In this document: positions 14,882 to 25,116 of the stretch, in pieces
Position numbering within the stretch: position 1 is the first letter of the stretch
Layout: every line of letters begins with the position of its first letter
IMG/VR virus record: IMGVR_UViG_3300036869_000029
Coordinates: 1 to 37,361 of that record
Strand: one strand, 5' to 3'
Source: a virus
Lineage: Duplodnaviria > Caudoviricetes
DNA length: 37,361 nt
Translations under genes and position numbers: made by a program
Notes under the pieces: model-generated
The model's database searches: none
The model's input: the letters and a program-made list of their open reading frames with translations, nothing else
What the model was told of the DNA's origin: nothing

Positions 14882-17027
14882 ACAAGAGGTAAGTTTTTGG
14901 ATACGGCTTAAAGATGGCGTTAGTCAGGTCATCCAAGAAGCTGAAAATAATTTTACCGCATCTGTTAAAAACTTTGAAAAAGGCGCGCTTGTTTTTGCTG
15001 GATTGTTTGCTGGGGTTGCGGCGGCGGTCTATGAATCAATAAAAACATTTGGGGAACATCAAGCTATTGTTGCTCAAACAGAAGCCGTTTTGACTTCTAC
15101 CGGGCATGCCGCAGGTATGACAAAAGATGAAGTGGTTAAGCTTTCCGAAAAGATGATGGATCTTACCGGGATAGATCACGATGCTATTTTATCCGGTGAG
15201 AACATGATTCTCACCTTTACACAAATCCACAAAAATATTTTTCCTGAAGTAACCAAAACAGCCATGGATATGACTGCCGCCATGAACGGAGGAATTGTTA
15301 CCAGCGAAGGAATGCGGCAAACAGCGATTCAAATGGGAAAGGCGCTCAATGATCCCGTAAAAGGTATTTCTGCGCTTCACCGTGTAGGCGTTGCTTTTAC
15401 CGAGCAACAAAAAGATCAAATAAAAAAATTGCAAGAATCCGGTGATATGCTTGGCGCTCAGACCATTATTTTAAAAGAATTGCAAACTGAATTTGGTGGA
15501 AGTTCTGAAAAACTAGGAACGTTTGCAGGCGCTTTTAATTATGCCAAAAATATGGTCGGTGAATTAGAAGAAGCCATAGGCGAAGCACTCATGCCTGTAT
15601 TTCAAAAACTCACGGTAATTTTTATTGATGTCACAAAAAGCATAGTTAAATTTATGGAGTCGCACAAGGATTTAATCGCGCCAATAATGGCGACAGCTGC
15701 GGCACTGACTGGATCGCTTGCTGCCATTTCTGCCGTTACCATAGCTTTGCCGGTACTCGCCGCCGCCTTTGCTGCCATAACCGGTCCTATTGGGCTCGTG
15801 GCAATTGCTTTATCTGCGATAACGGGTGCGGTCACTTATTTCTCAACAAGCAACTCTGAAATGGCAATCATTGTACGCACCGTTTGGACCGGAACTGGCA
15901 TGATGATTAAAGAATACGCCGGGGCAATTTGGACAACGATAAAAGACTTGGGTGCTGTATTCTTGGATTTTGGAAACTTGATGAAAGCGGTAATGACGGG
16001 AAATATAAGTGAGGCGTTGAAACATGCTAATGCCTTAAAGAAACACGCGTTTGATATTTCTGATGCTTATAAAAAAGCGGAAGAAGCTACTATAAAATCA
16101 TTTGAAAATGCGTATGAATATGAAAAGAAGCACGCTTCCCAGGTAGAAGAAATCCAAAAGAAGCACAATATAAAAGCCGCTGAATATAACAAGGCGGCTG
16201 CCAAACAGACCTTTGCCATAAGCAAAGAAGCATTAAAGGCGCAGCAAGATTTAGATAAACAAGCCGCCAAATCCAAAGAGGATTTAGAAAAGCAGAAACA
16301 ATTAATAGCTACCGCCTCGGCGGAACAGCTTAAACTTATCACGAAAAAAATAGCCGACGATGAGCGAGATATTGCGGATGCTCGACGTGCCGATGAAATG
16401 GCCAAAAGGATAAAAGACGCCAAAGATCAAGAAGATGTTGATAAAATAAATCGCGATATTTTAGACCTTCAACAAAAACGTTCTCTGGCCAATCAGTTAG
16501 AGGCTCGCAAAATCACGGTTGAACAAGAAGCGGCGCTTAAAAAAGGTTTGATGAATACACTTGATGATTTGGCGCAGCTTGAACATTCAAAAAATCGAAC
16601 AGCCTTTGAAATTGGTAAACAAGCGGCGGCGGCAAAGGTTTTGATTAATGCAGCACAAGCAATCATGGGTTTTTGGGCCGGTGCGGCTCAGCTCGGGCCT
16701 ATTGCTGGTCCTATCGTGGCGGGAGTTGAAACCGCTATTGTTGCCGGAATTGCAATTGAACAAACCGGAGAAATTGAACGTCAAAACTTCCCGGCAGCCG
16801 CCATGGGTGCGCTCGTTACTCCTCAAGGAGGTGGTGCGCTTGTCCAGGTTGGAGAAAATGCCCAAGAGGCAATTATGAATAGTAAACTCATGAAGGACGC
16901 ATTAAGCCAAGCGGCGCGTCAATCATCGACCACGGTCAATTTTAATGTCAACGGTAGAAGCGTTCAGGCTGTAACTCATGTGGTAAATCAATCACAGTTT
17001 CAGGCTAAAAAGTGGGGTCAAGCATAA
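14874..17027 (+). CDS. tape measure protein (717 aa)
   Basis: Ala-rich helical protein with AIQMGKALNDP.KG.SAL.RVG..F motif and ITGPIGLV hydrophobic stretch; GGGAG SD before ATG 14874. Confidence 0.9.
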   Translation: MPEQEVSFWIRLKDGVSQVIQEAENNFTASVKNFEKGALVFAGLFAGVAAAVYESIKTFGEHQAIVAQTEAVLTSTGHAAGMTKDEVVKLSEKMMDLTGIDHDAILSGENMILTFTQIHKNIFPEVTKTAMDMTAAMNGGIVTSEGMRQTAIQMGKALNDPVKGISALHRVGVAFTEQQKDQIKKLQESGDMLGAQTIILKELQTEFGGSSEKLGTFAGAFNYAKNMVGELEEAIGEALMPVFQKLTVIFIDVTKSIVKFMESHKDLIAPIMATAAALTGSLAAISAVTIALPVLAAAFAAITGPIGLVAIALSAITGAVTYFSTSNSEMAIIVRTVWTGTGMMIKEYAGAIWTTIKDLGAVFLDFGNLMKAVMTGNISEALKHANALKKHAFDISDAYKKAEEATIKSFENAYEYEKKHASQVEEIQKKHNIKAAEYNKAAAKQTFAISKEALKAQQDLDKQAAKSKEDLEKQKQLIATASAEQLKLITKKIADDERDIADARRADEMAKRIKDAKDQEDVDKINRDILDLQQKRSLANQLEARKITVEQEAALKKGLMNTLDDLAQLEHSKNRTAFEIGKQAAAAKVLINAAQAIMGFWAGAAQLGPIAGPIVAGVETAIVAGIAIEQTGEIERQNFPAAAMGALVTPQGGGALVQVGENAQEAIMNSKLMKDALSQAARQSSTTVNFNVNGRSVQAVTHVVNQSQFQAKKWGQA

Positions 17028-18139
17028 TGCCTAACACAATGGCTAAGTTTTACTACCGTTCATTCTGTGATTCTAAAGTATCTGGATATAGTCTCGCCGG
17101 ATCAACTGATTATATCGCATCCACGCTTCCGAGTGCGGTTGACAGAAATCGAAGCACTGCGGCCTATACCACGGGAAAAAATAGCGACTCAACAAACGTA
17201 GATTTCATCGTTGATTTGCTTTTCAACCGCAGCATTGATACCATTGCAGTCCGTAGCAATTTTAAAAACTTCACGATCAAAACTTGGGATGGAATTCGTG
17301 TAGATACAGCCCAGGTTGATAAAATAACAGGTGTGCCTACCGATGGAAATTCGTCTGTATACGTAATGATCAATTCAACTACGTTTACTTTGAAACCTTC
17401 GGCCTTTTGGGAAGAGGGTAGTTTTCCAGATATGAACGCGGTATTTGCTATGCTTTTGGGTTTGATCAATGCTAGTTCCGAACCTGTTACAGCCACATAT
17501 ATAAACCCGGGTAATTTTTCAGAAGGAATTTATATAACTTCGGATACTGTGGGAGGTAGTTTTACCTCTAGTATTACAGGAAATGATGGAACACTTGCTT
17601 TGGCAAATCATATTGCAAGTGTCACAGCTTGGCACACGTTTTCCACACACACAAATAATACATCCGAATTTGTCATGGATGAATTGGTCGCTCCAATAAC
17701 TGATCGATACATCAAGGTGTCATGTACCGCTACGATTACGGCAAATCAGGAAAAATATCTCAAGGAAATATCAATCACTAAAAAAATATGCGAACTTTCT
17801 ATTTCTGAAATGCCTACGGCTGAAAGTATGTATGTACGTATCTCCAAAACCAATTTAAAAGGCCGTAGCATACAATTGATTTTATTTCCTGATTTTCCAA
17901 CATTTCACATACAACTCAATTTCAAAAATATGACTGACAGATTTGCAAATTATGATCTTTTGAAAAAGTGGTTTATAGTGGATTCAATTTTGGGTTACTT
18001 TTATTTCAGTGATACCATAAAACAACTTGGATATGATGCGCTATATTTACTCAATGATATTGTTGACGAGAATTTTACGCCAGATTCCAATGTAACTATT
18101 GGTGGTGCGAACGGTTCTATGGAATTGGTGGAGGTTTAA
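17027..18139 (+). CDS. distal tail (Dit-like) protein with inserted domain
   Basis: Follows the tape measure gene with TAATG coupling; C-terminal ...MELVEV; insert ~17294-17625. Confidence 0.55.
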   Translation: MPNTMAKFYYRSFCDSKVSGYSLAGSTDYIASTLPSAVDRNRSTAAYTTGKNSDSTNVDFIVDLLFNRSIDTIAVRSNFKNFTIKTWDGIRVDTAQVDKITGVPTDGNSSVYVMINSTTFTLKPSAFWEEGSFPDMNAVFAMLLGLINASSEPVTATYINPGNFSEGIYITSDTVGGSFTSSITGNDGTLALANHIASVTAWHTFSTHTNNTSEFVMDELVAPITDRYIKVSCTATITANQEKYLKEISITKKICELSISEMPTAESMYVRISKTNLKGRSIQLILFPDFPTFHIQLNFKNMTDRFANYDLLKKWFIVDSILGYFYFSDTIKQLGYDALYLLNDIVDENFTPDSNVTIGGANGSMELVEV

Positions 18140-18141
18140 AC

Positions 18142-19869
18142 GTGTCAACTAATCTTGATAATCTTAAAAAGGAAAAGCTTAATGCTGTTGTCCGGGCTAC
18201 ACTTTCTAAAAGCCTGGCGGACAAAGGCTATGCCTTGCCCGTAGACATAACTCCTTGGATTGTTGACCGTAATTTTGGCAATGTAACCGAAGGTTTAATT
18301 GATACCAATGGGACAACCGCTGGGCAATTAATTTCCAAAGTCGACCTTAAACTCGATAATCGTCTAGGCGATTTTGAGCAGAACGGACGCTTTTTCCAAA
18401 ATGGTTTTGTGAACAATTCTAAAATAAAAATAGAATCCGCATACGTTGATTGTTTTGTTGATGAAAGCGGAAACGTTCAGCTATCGAATCTTGAAGGTTC
18501 AACTCACTGGTCGGAGGAATTTGTTGGATCAATTGGATCGATTCCGACGGGTTGGCGGGATGATACTACAGACCCCGGATTTAACGCCACAATTGTGCTG
18601 GATGCCACTAAAAACCTTTCCCGGGTGTCACGTACCCTATCAGGAGTGTATGGCAAAGTTTTAGGCCCATCACAGACCTTAGATGTCGATTTATTCCCAT
18701 TTATTAAGATAAGCATAGACTCCCTGTTTAATGGTTGCACCTGGAAGGTTGGAGTTCAAAATCTAGCTTCACCCTATGACTATCACGACCTGAATACAAG
18801 CTCAAATTCGATTGGTGATTTTATTTTTGATTATTCTGCAATCACCGGATGGGCTGGATCAAAGACTTTTTCCGTTCAGATTACCATTGAGGGAAGTTCG
18901 AGTTCGTATCTTAAAACCACCATGGTCTCTATTCTTAACCCAGCATACACGCCCTACACTTTCAACGGGATAATTAAGGCCGATGCCTCTTCCTGGAATG
19001 TTTCAGAAAGAACGTTTACCGCTGGACTATTACAAGCGGCAAACATAATCGCTTCCGAGATAGTTAATGATGGCGCCTTGGGAAGCCAACGTTCATTAGC
19101 TCAACTTGCTTTTGATGTTTTGAATCAATCCACAATAAAAAAAGTTTTGAACATATCACTTTCCAACATAAATTTAGGCTTTGACATCCCTAAATGCGTG
19201 ACAAATTCTCATGAATTGCGTGCTAAAAAAGTGATGGATATCATAAACGCGATTGGAACTTTGAGTGGGTCAAAATGGTATGTTGATTCGAATTCTAATT
19301 TCATCTTCGAACCGATTGCACAAGGTGGAAATTCATCTTGGGATTTAACCATTGACGATATTGTCAGCATTGATGAGTTGAGCTTTGATCCACTGCAATT
19401 CAATTCCGTAACCTGGGATGACGGAGATGCCGCCTTGCGACCTGTCCAACAGGTGGCTATGGAATATTCATTGCGTCAGCAATATGGGTATGATTGTTTT
19501 GATAAAAAAATTGATTTCAAATGGATAACTGATTCGGGAATGCGTAATTCATTTTTGAATAACTTTCTTGCGCGTTGCCAACACCAACACCGAATGATTA
19601 CGTTTACATGCAAAAGCAATCCAGAGTTGCGCTTTAACCAAATTATCACGCTGAATTATCCACAGCAATACGCGCCTCTCGCCAATCCGTTTATATGGGG
19701 AAAATCAAGCTGGGGTGATGGCAGCATTTGGGGGTTATCGATACCCGGATTCAAAGTTTCGCCGTTGACAAAATGGCGCGTGCTTTCAATTGACCGTAGT
19801 TTAAACTTATCGCCTGAAATGAAAATAGTTGCAGTGCAAGCGGGCATTGGTCCTGATTTGCCACTTTAG
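18142..19869 (+). CDS. tail tip/hub (Tal-like) protein containing a CBM-like insert
   Basis: DIT.W...LKLDN..G.F start, WYVD..NF.F and FNSV motifs of hub proteins; insert 18505-18939 is homologous to repeats in 25113..29732. Confidence 0.65.
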   Translation: MSTNLDNLKKEKLNAVVRATLSKSLADKGYALPVDITPWIVDRNFGNVTEGLIDTNGTTAGQLISKVDLKLDNRLGDFEQNGRFFQNGFVNNSKIKIESAYVDCFVDESGNVQLSNLEGSTHWSEEFVGSIGSIPTGWRDDTTDPGFNATIVLDATKNLSRVSRTLSGVYGKVLGPSQTLDVDLFPFIKISIDSLFNGCTWKVGVQNLASPYDYHDLNTSSNSIGDFIFDYSAITGWAGSKTFSVQITIEGSSSSYLKTTMVSILNPAYTPYTFNGIIKADASSWNVSERTFTAGLLQAANIIASEIVNDGALGSQRSLAQLAFDVLNQSTIKKVLNISLSNINLGFDIPKCVTNSHELRAKKVMDIINAIGTLSGSKWYVDSNSNFIFEPIAQGGNSSWDLTIDDIVSIDELSFDPLQFNSVTWDDGDAALRPVQQVAMEYSLRQQYGYDCFDKKIDFKWITDSGMRNSFLNNFLARCQHQHRMITFTCKSNPELRFNQIITLNYPQQYAPLANPFIWGKSSWGDGSIWGLSIPGFKVSPLTKWRVLSIDRSLNLSPEMKIVAVQAGIGPDLPL

Positions 19870-19880
19870 GAGGCTTTACC

Positions 19881-21524
19881 ATGGGAACAAGTGGACTTGT
19901 AAAATTGGATGCTCTACCAGTACAGACGCCAAGCGATCCGGAACAACTTAATCAGATCATTGATGCTATGTGCGGAACTCAAGTTATGCGAGATCCGACT
20001 ACCGGAGTGATCGAAGATAACGTACATGACATTGGCGGTCTTGCCGTCGGACGTCCGGCATTTATCAATGTTGGTACTGGCATTCGCGTGGCTGGTCAGA
20101 CACTAAATATTGCACCCTTTTTACTTTCTCTTACTGGGATACAATCGGGAGCTGCAAAGGTAAGTGGTTATCCTGCGTTTCTTTCTCCGGCTGGTGGAAC
20201 AGGAAATACGTTTGATGTTCTTGGAGGAACCACACCTCTAACGTTGACAATTGACGGTGTAGCAAAACAATTAAGGGGAAACATAACCAGTGACGCGCTC
20301 TCACTTGCTCCGTCATCAAATAACACATGTCTTGTCAATGATGTTGATATTGCAGGAGATCCAGTTTGGTCAAAAACCATTGGAGAATTTGGGCAATATT
20401 TAACCATTGATACCGTTGGATCTGAAATAACTGCGCTAAATGGAACAATTCAATGTTTTAAAATCACTAATGGAAGCGAGACGGAAGTTTTTATTGCTTC
20501 GATTGATACAGCGCACAATCAATTAATTCCTTTAATTCGCGGCATTGGTGGAACAAATCGCATTGCTTTTTCGGATGACGATATGATCACGCTTTTAAAA
20601 GCTCACTGGATTTTTTTAGACGATGATCTTTTGACAATTGACACTACCGATATTTATCCTTCGCGCGGATTTGTTGCGCCATTAACCCCATCCACTGGTC
20701 AATATTGGTTGGATTCTTCCGAATCGTCCTGGAAAAGATATTCTGGGGTTAATTGGGAAAAATTGGGACGGATATATTTAGGCATGGCAATATGCGATTC
20801 CGCTGGATGTAAATGGGTAGAACATGCTGATTTTAATCTTCAGTGGAATGGGACAATAAATAATTATGATGTAGTATCTTTGGATGCAACCATTTTTTCA
20901 ACCAATGCAACAAGTCTTAAAGTAAACGTGGCCGGTGTGTTAGTAGAAACCAATCAAATTAATTTAGAGACAATTACTTTTTCAAATATTGAACCGGGGT
21001 ATACAGAACAAGCGTCGACTTGGTACTATCTGTATGTTTCTAAATATGGAGAATTTATCTTGTCTCCGGTTGTCCCGCGCAAAAAAGATGAACGCCTTGG
21101 CTGGTATCATCCAAGCGAATATTGGCGTTGTATTGCATTTTTTTACAACAATTCAAGCTCTGATTTTTCTGGTTTAGGAATGAATGTGGGGAGCGGTGAT
21201 TGCGATATTACGATGCAAGAAGTTAAAACGGAACAAGCGACTACAGGGGGGGAGCATATTCATCATTTGAATATGCCGCCGATTGTTCAAAACGTTTCGC
21301 TTACTGTTTGGCAAGCTTCAGCGAATACAACTACCTTGCCGTTGTTTATCGGTACTGGTAAAAATGGGCCTGGATTTATTCAACAGGTTTTAGCTATTCA
21401 TGGAGTTAATGCAGTTCCTTCGAGCCGGGAACTGCGACAAGTTGGAAATGCTCAAATACGTTTTGAAGTATCCGGGACATACACGATTGACTTTTTTCCG
21501 TCATCGATGAAAATAGATTGGTAA
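19881..21524 (+). CDS. tail fibre/baseplate-associated protein
   Basis: AGGAGG SD; LNQIIDA N-terminus, P..P.TGQYW.D and WYYLY motifs seen in fibre-base proteins; position. Confidence 0.6.
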   Translation: MGTSGLVKLDALPVQTPSDPEQLNQIIDAMCGTQVMRDPTTGVIEDNVHDIGGLAVGRPAFINVGTGIRVAGQTLNIAPFLLSLTGIQSGAAKVSGYPAFLSPAGGTGNTFDVLGGTTPLTLTIDGVAKQLRGNITSDALSLAPSSNNTCLVNDVDIAGDPVWSKTIGEFGQYLTIDTVGSEITALNGTIQCFKITNGSETEVFIASIDTAHNQLIPLIRGIGGTNRIAFSDDDMITLLKAHWIFLDDDLLTIDTTDIYPSRGFVAPLTPSTGQYWLDSSESSWKRYSGVNWEKLGRIYLGMAICDSAGCKWVEHADFNLQWNGTINNYDVVSLDATIFSTNATSLKVNVAGVLVETNQINLETITFSNIEPGYTEQASTWYYLYVSKYGEFILSPVVPRKKDERLGWYHPSEYWRCIAFFYNNSSSDFSGLGMNVGSGDCDITMQEVKTEQATTGGEHIHHLNMPPIVQNVSLTVWQASANTTTLPLFIGTGKNGPGFIQQVLAIHGVNAVPSSRELRQVGNAQIRFEVSGTYTIDFFPSSMKIDW

Positions 21525-21546
21525 AATAAATTTTAGGAGGCATCAA

Positions 21547-22758
21547 ATGAAAAAGATTTTGTTGAAATTGTTCGTCTGGCTTACCCCGATATTTCTACCA
21601 ATGATTTTGTCGGGTATGGTTCGGGCCGATATTTTATATTACAACCATTTTGCAGGAGTTGAGCCACCTACGAACTGGACCATCGGGAACACATCTGACG
21701 CATTGGCAGCAGTGGATGTTACCTTCACAGCTCAGTCAGGAACGAATGCCTACATGGCTTTGACGGCAACAACGTCAACCGGTGATAAATTTGTTGATTG
21801 GGCATATTCGGACAACGCCGCTAAATCGTGGGGTGATGTTTCTCTTAAATTTGCAGTTGTGTCCACAATTTCAGATACAAACACCGCATTTGATTTTGGG
21901 GTGAGGACTTATAATCCCACATTGGGGACGCTCTATTTTGTGGGGTATCAATATAACAACACCGGAGGCGCATCCGGCGCATGGCAAATAACTCCTATTG
22001 GTCAATCTTCGTCAACGCCTATTCCCATGACGATAACAGCACTTGACCAAATTACTTTATCAATTACTGGATTCCCCGGAACCGTTCAACTTTATCAAAA
22101 CGCATCTTTGATTAATACTGGAACGAGTTTGAATACCGGAAATTACGCCAATTGCTATCAAGGAACAATTATTTTCGGATTGCATCGAACTACATATGGC
22201 GTGTCCTCAGCCCGAATAAGCACGCTAGAGGTGGACGGAACACAATTGACGGCAACGCCCACGAATACACCGACGTATACGCCAACAGATACGCCCACAT
22301 TGACGGCAACACCAACATTCACGGCCACTTATACCTCAACTACCACACCTACGGCAACACCAACATGCACGGCCACTCCTACCGCATCACCGACAAGTAC
22401 AAATACTCCGACAATCACTCCGACGTTTACCTGTACTGCTACGCCAATCGTTTATTACAGTGGACAATATAACACTGTATGCAGCGTACCCAATACTATT
22501 AACGGTTGGACTAAGGTAAGCTTCCCTTATGGCGCTGACGGTAAATCATTTACTTTGCGCGAACGCACCGGAGTTTGGAATTTGCTCTATTCTTATTGGG
22601 CTAATCCTGGTCAATTTTACATGACGCTTTTCAAAGGTGAATTTAGACATGTGCATAGTCAAGTTGGAAATTCGCGCGATTTATATTTAGGCATAACGTC
22701 CACGGCCAGCGACAGCAATACCACGACGGCAGAAGTTGAATTATATCCGGTTCCTTAA
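21547..22758 (+). CDS. Sec-signal protein: lectin-like beta domain, Thr/Pro linker, small C-terminal beta domain
   Basis: AGGAGG SD; MKKILL...GMVRA signal peptide; TP linker ~22249-22446. Confidence 0.75.
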   Translation: MKKILLKLFVWLTPIFLPMILSGMVRADILYYNHFAGVEPPTNWTIGNTSDALAAVDVTFTAQSGTNAYMALTATTSTGDKFVDWAYSDNAAKSWGDVSLKFAVVSTISDTNTAFDFGVRTYNPTLGTLYFVGYQYNNTGGASGAWQITPIGQSSSTPIPMTITALDQITLSITGFPGTVQLYQNASLINTGTSLNTGNYANCYQGTIIFGLHRTTYGVSSARISTLEVDGTQLTATPTNTPTYTPTDTPTLTATPTFTATYTSTTTPTATPTCTATPTASPTSTNTPTITPTFTCTATPIVYYSGQYNTVCSVPNTINGWTKVSFPYGADGKSFTLRERTGVWNLLYSYWANPGQFYMTLFKGEFRHVHSQVGNSRDLYLGITSTASDSNTTTAEVELYPVP

Positions 22759-22767
22759 GGGGAAAAT

Positions 22768-24174
22768 GTGCAGACTTTAGAACGGGTAGGAATACAACGA
22801 GAAGCCATTACCAAGGATTTAATTCGTACGGCCCAGTATCTTGAGCCACGCTATTCGTGGCAGTGGTTTCATCGTGAGATTGCTTCTGGTCTTATGGACC
22901 CAGAAGCAGTTAAAATTTTAGTCTCTTTGCCTCCGCAACATTTCAAAAGTTCGCTTGTCGCTGTTTTTTATCCAATATGGTATTTGGGGCATTATCCTGA
23001 CAAGCGCATTATGGTAGTCACCTATTCGTCGGAACTAGCTGAATTTCACAGCTCGCGAGCAATGCAATATTTTCAGTCCGAAAAGTTTTTTAAATTATTC
23101 GGTTTGAATATTGACAAAAACGTATGTGGTAAAGGACATTGGAAAGTGGCGGGACATGACGGATTTTATCATGCCGTTGGTATCCATGGACTAACCTCTG
23201 GCATTCCGGTTGATCTGCTTATCATTGATGATTATTATGCCAGTATGAAAGAGGCATTATCGGAGGCGGTGAGTAAATCCGTAAAGTCAACTTATTCCTC
23301 TGCGCTGTGTTATCGTTTGCAAGACGAAACATCAAAGCAAATTATTTCTGCGACTCGTTGGGCGGATGATGATTTGCAAGGGGATATGATTAAAAAGGAT
23401 GAGATTGAACCGAATGAAAAAAAACACTGGGAAAAATATATTTATCCGGCGTTTAGGGATTACATAGGAAAAGATTGGTTTACAGGTATACCTTTGATGA
23501 AATCAAAAGCATTTTATGAAATGCAATTAAAAAATAGTTCACCAGTTGAATTTGAAACCGAATTTATGTGTAATCCAGTTCCATTTGGCGACATGATGAT
23601 AACACCGGATGAGTTTGAGATAATTGATTCTTTGCCCGAAGGAGCTGTTTCGGCGCGAGTACGTGGTTGGGATATAGCCTATACTGGGAATAGTAATTCA
23701 AATGACTCGGCGCACGCGTTGCTTATATCGGTAGGTAACGAAATAATTATTGCTTACGCTGAGTCTTGGGTTGAACCGTGGCACACAACCAAGCCCTTGA
23801 TTGTAGGTGTTCTTCTCGGCGATGATCCGGGTATTTTACAATCATTTGAAACCAACGGAGGACAATCTGCTTTAATCGAAGATTTGCAAATCATGCCAGA
23901 ATTGATGAATTGCTCTATTTATGGCTATGCTTCGAAAGATGAAAAACAATTACGCGCTTTGCCGTGGATGCTTAGGGCCAAAGGGAAGACCGTTAAAGTT
24001 TTACGCGGGGCATGGAATGCTGAATTTTTTAAACAAATATCCGGTTTTCGCATGAAGGGAACGCCTAAATTTTGCGGAATGATTGACGCCGTAAGCAAGG
24101 CTTGGGAAGGATTGAGCCAAACAGTTGATCTATCGGCGTGGATAAATGTATCAAAAGAAGAAGGTGCGGCATAA
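22768..24174 (+). CDS. terL: terminase large subunit
   Basis: Walker A-like LPPQHFKS, Walker B LLIIDD, TRW..DDL.G coupling motif, nuclease GWDIA...D.SA. Confidence 0.9.
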   Translation: MQTLERVGIQREAITKDLIRTAQYLEPRYSWQWFHREIASGLMDPEAVKILVSLPPQHFKSSLVAVFYPIWYLGHYPDKRIMVVTYSSELAEFHSSRAMQYFQSEKFFKLFGLNIDKNVCGKGHWKVAGHDGFYHAVGIHGLTSGIPVDLLIIDDYYASMKEALSEAVSKSVKSTYSSALCYRLQDETSKQIISATRWADDDLQGDMIKKDEIEPNEKKHWEKYIYPAFRDYIGKDWFTGIPLMKSKAFYEMQLKNSSPVEFETEFMCNPVPFGDMMITPDEFEIIDSLPEGAVSARVRGWDIAYTGNSNSNDSAHALLISVGNEIIIAYAESWVEPWHTTKPLIVGVLLGDDPGILQSFETNGGQSALIEDLQIMPELMNCSIYGYASKDEKQLRALPWMLRAKGKTVKVLRGAWNAEFFKQISGFRMKGTPKFCGMIDAVSKAWEGLSQTVDLSAWINVSKEEGAA

Positions 24175-24707
24175 TGGGATACGTTAATTTAGCTTTGAGT
24201 GGTGTAAAACAGCAAGAACCAACTGACCTCGGTACGATACGCCAATATCATCCCGAGGTGATGGCTTCCTTTGTCATTCTGTGCATCAAACTTGGGCTAC
24301 CCATTGATTGGAATTCATTGCAAAAAATCCCCGAAGAACTTAATTTTTCCGGGTCTGGATATCGCGATCATGTTTTTGATCCTGCGGTAAAAAACTCACC
24401 TCACAATTTTGCCATGGCGCTTGATGTTTGCGTAAGCCCACTTGATGCCAAAATAGCATCAAACCGTCCATCGGTTCTTGAGGCTCAAATAAAATGGGCG
24501 AGAGCGGCCCAGGGAATTTTTACGGGTTTCGGTTTTTATCCTTATCAAAATACCGTCCATGTGGATTTACGCACACCCGAATGGATGGCGAAATATAAAG
24601 GCACTCCTTATTGGGTTAAAGATCCAAACGCCGCCAATACTTACAAGGGTTTTTATATTCTCGACGAAGCCATCGTTTACGCGCACACCGTGGCAAGCCA
24701 TGGTTGA
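24174..24707 (+). CDS. endolysin candidate, peptidase M15 family
   Basis: SGYR...SPH...A.D and GFG.Y....VHVD.R zinc-binding motifs; TAATG coupling to terL. Confidence 0.75.
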   Translation: MGYVNLALSGVKQQEPTDLGTIRQYHPEVMASFVILCIKLGLPIDWNSLQKIPEELNFSGSGYRDHVFDPAVKNSPHNFAMALDVCVSPLDAKIASNRPSVLEAQIKWARAAQGIFTGFGFYPYQNTVHVDLRTPEWMAKYKGTPYWVKDPNAANTYKGFYILDEAIVYAHTVASHG

Positions 24708-25116
24708 GTACCGACGCGATGAATCAGGAAAAATTTTTGCGTATGAAATGACGGAAGAAGAAATGAAAACGGTTGCCATTGATATCGCCGTACATGGTTC
24801 AAGGTTATCAAACATGGAGAGTGATATTCGTATTTTGAGAGATGTTCTTGCTCGTGTTGAACAAAATCAGCACGAGCAAAGAGATTTTTTTAAAACGTTT
24901 GTACAAGACGCCTGGCCAATAGTAAAAAAGGCAAACGAAAAAATAGATGGGACTCCAGGATGTCCGGGAATTGAAGCAAGATTAGTATGTGCCGAAAAAA
25001 TCACAAACCCGGTTTATTGGTTTGGGGAAACCTTGGTTAAATTTTGGCCTATTATTCTTGGGATTGGCGCGGCTGCCGCTGCATATCTTGGATTAAAAAA
25101 AGGGAATCCAACATGA
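24700..25116 (+). CDS. holin-like protein (coiled coil plus C-terminal TM)
   Basis: Coiled coil followed by WPIILGIGAAAAAYLGL; directly after the endolysin; start may be 24748. Confidence 0.5.
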   Translation: MVEYRRDESGKIFAYEMTEEEMKTVAIDIAVHGSRLSNMESDIRILRDVLARVEQNQHEQRDFFKTFVQDAWPIVKKANEKIDGTPGCPGIEARLVCAEKITNPVYWFGETLVKFWPIILGIGAAAAAYLGLKKGNPT

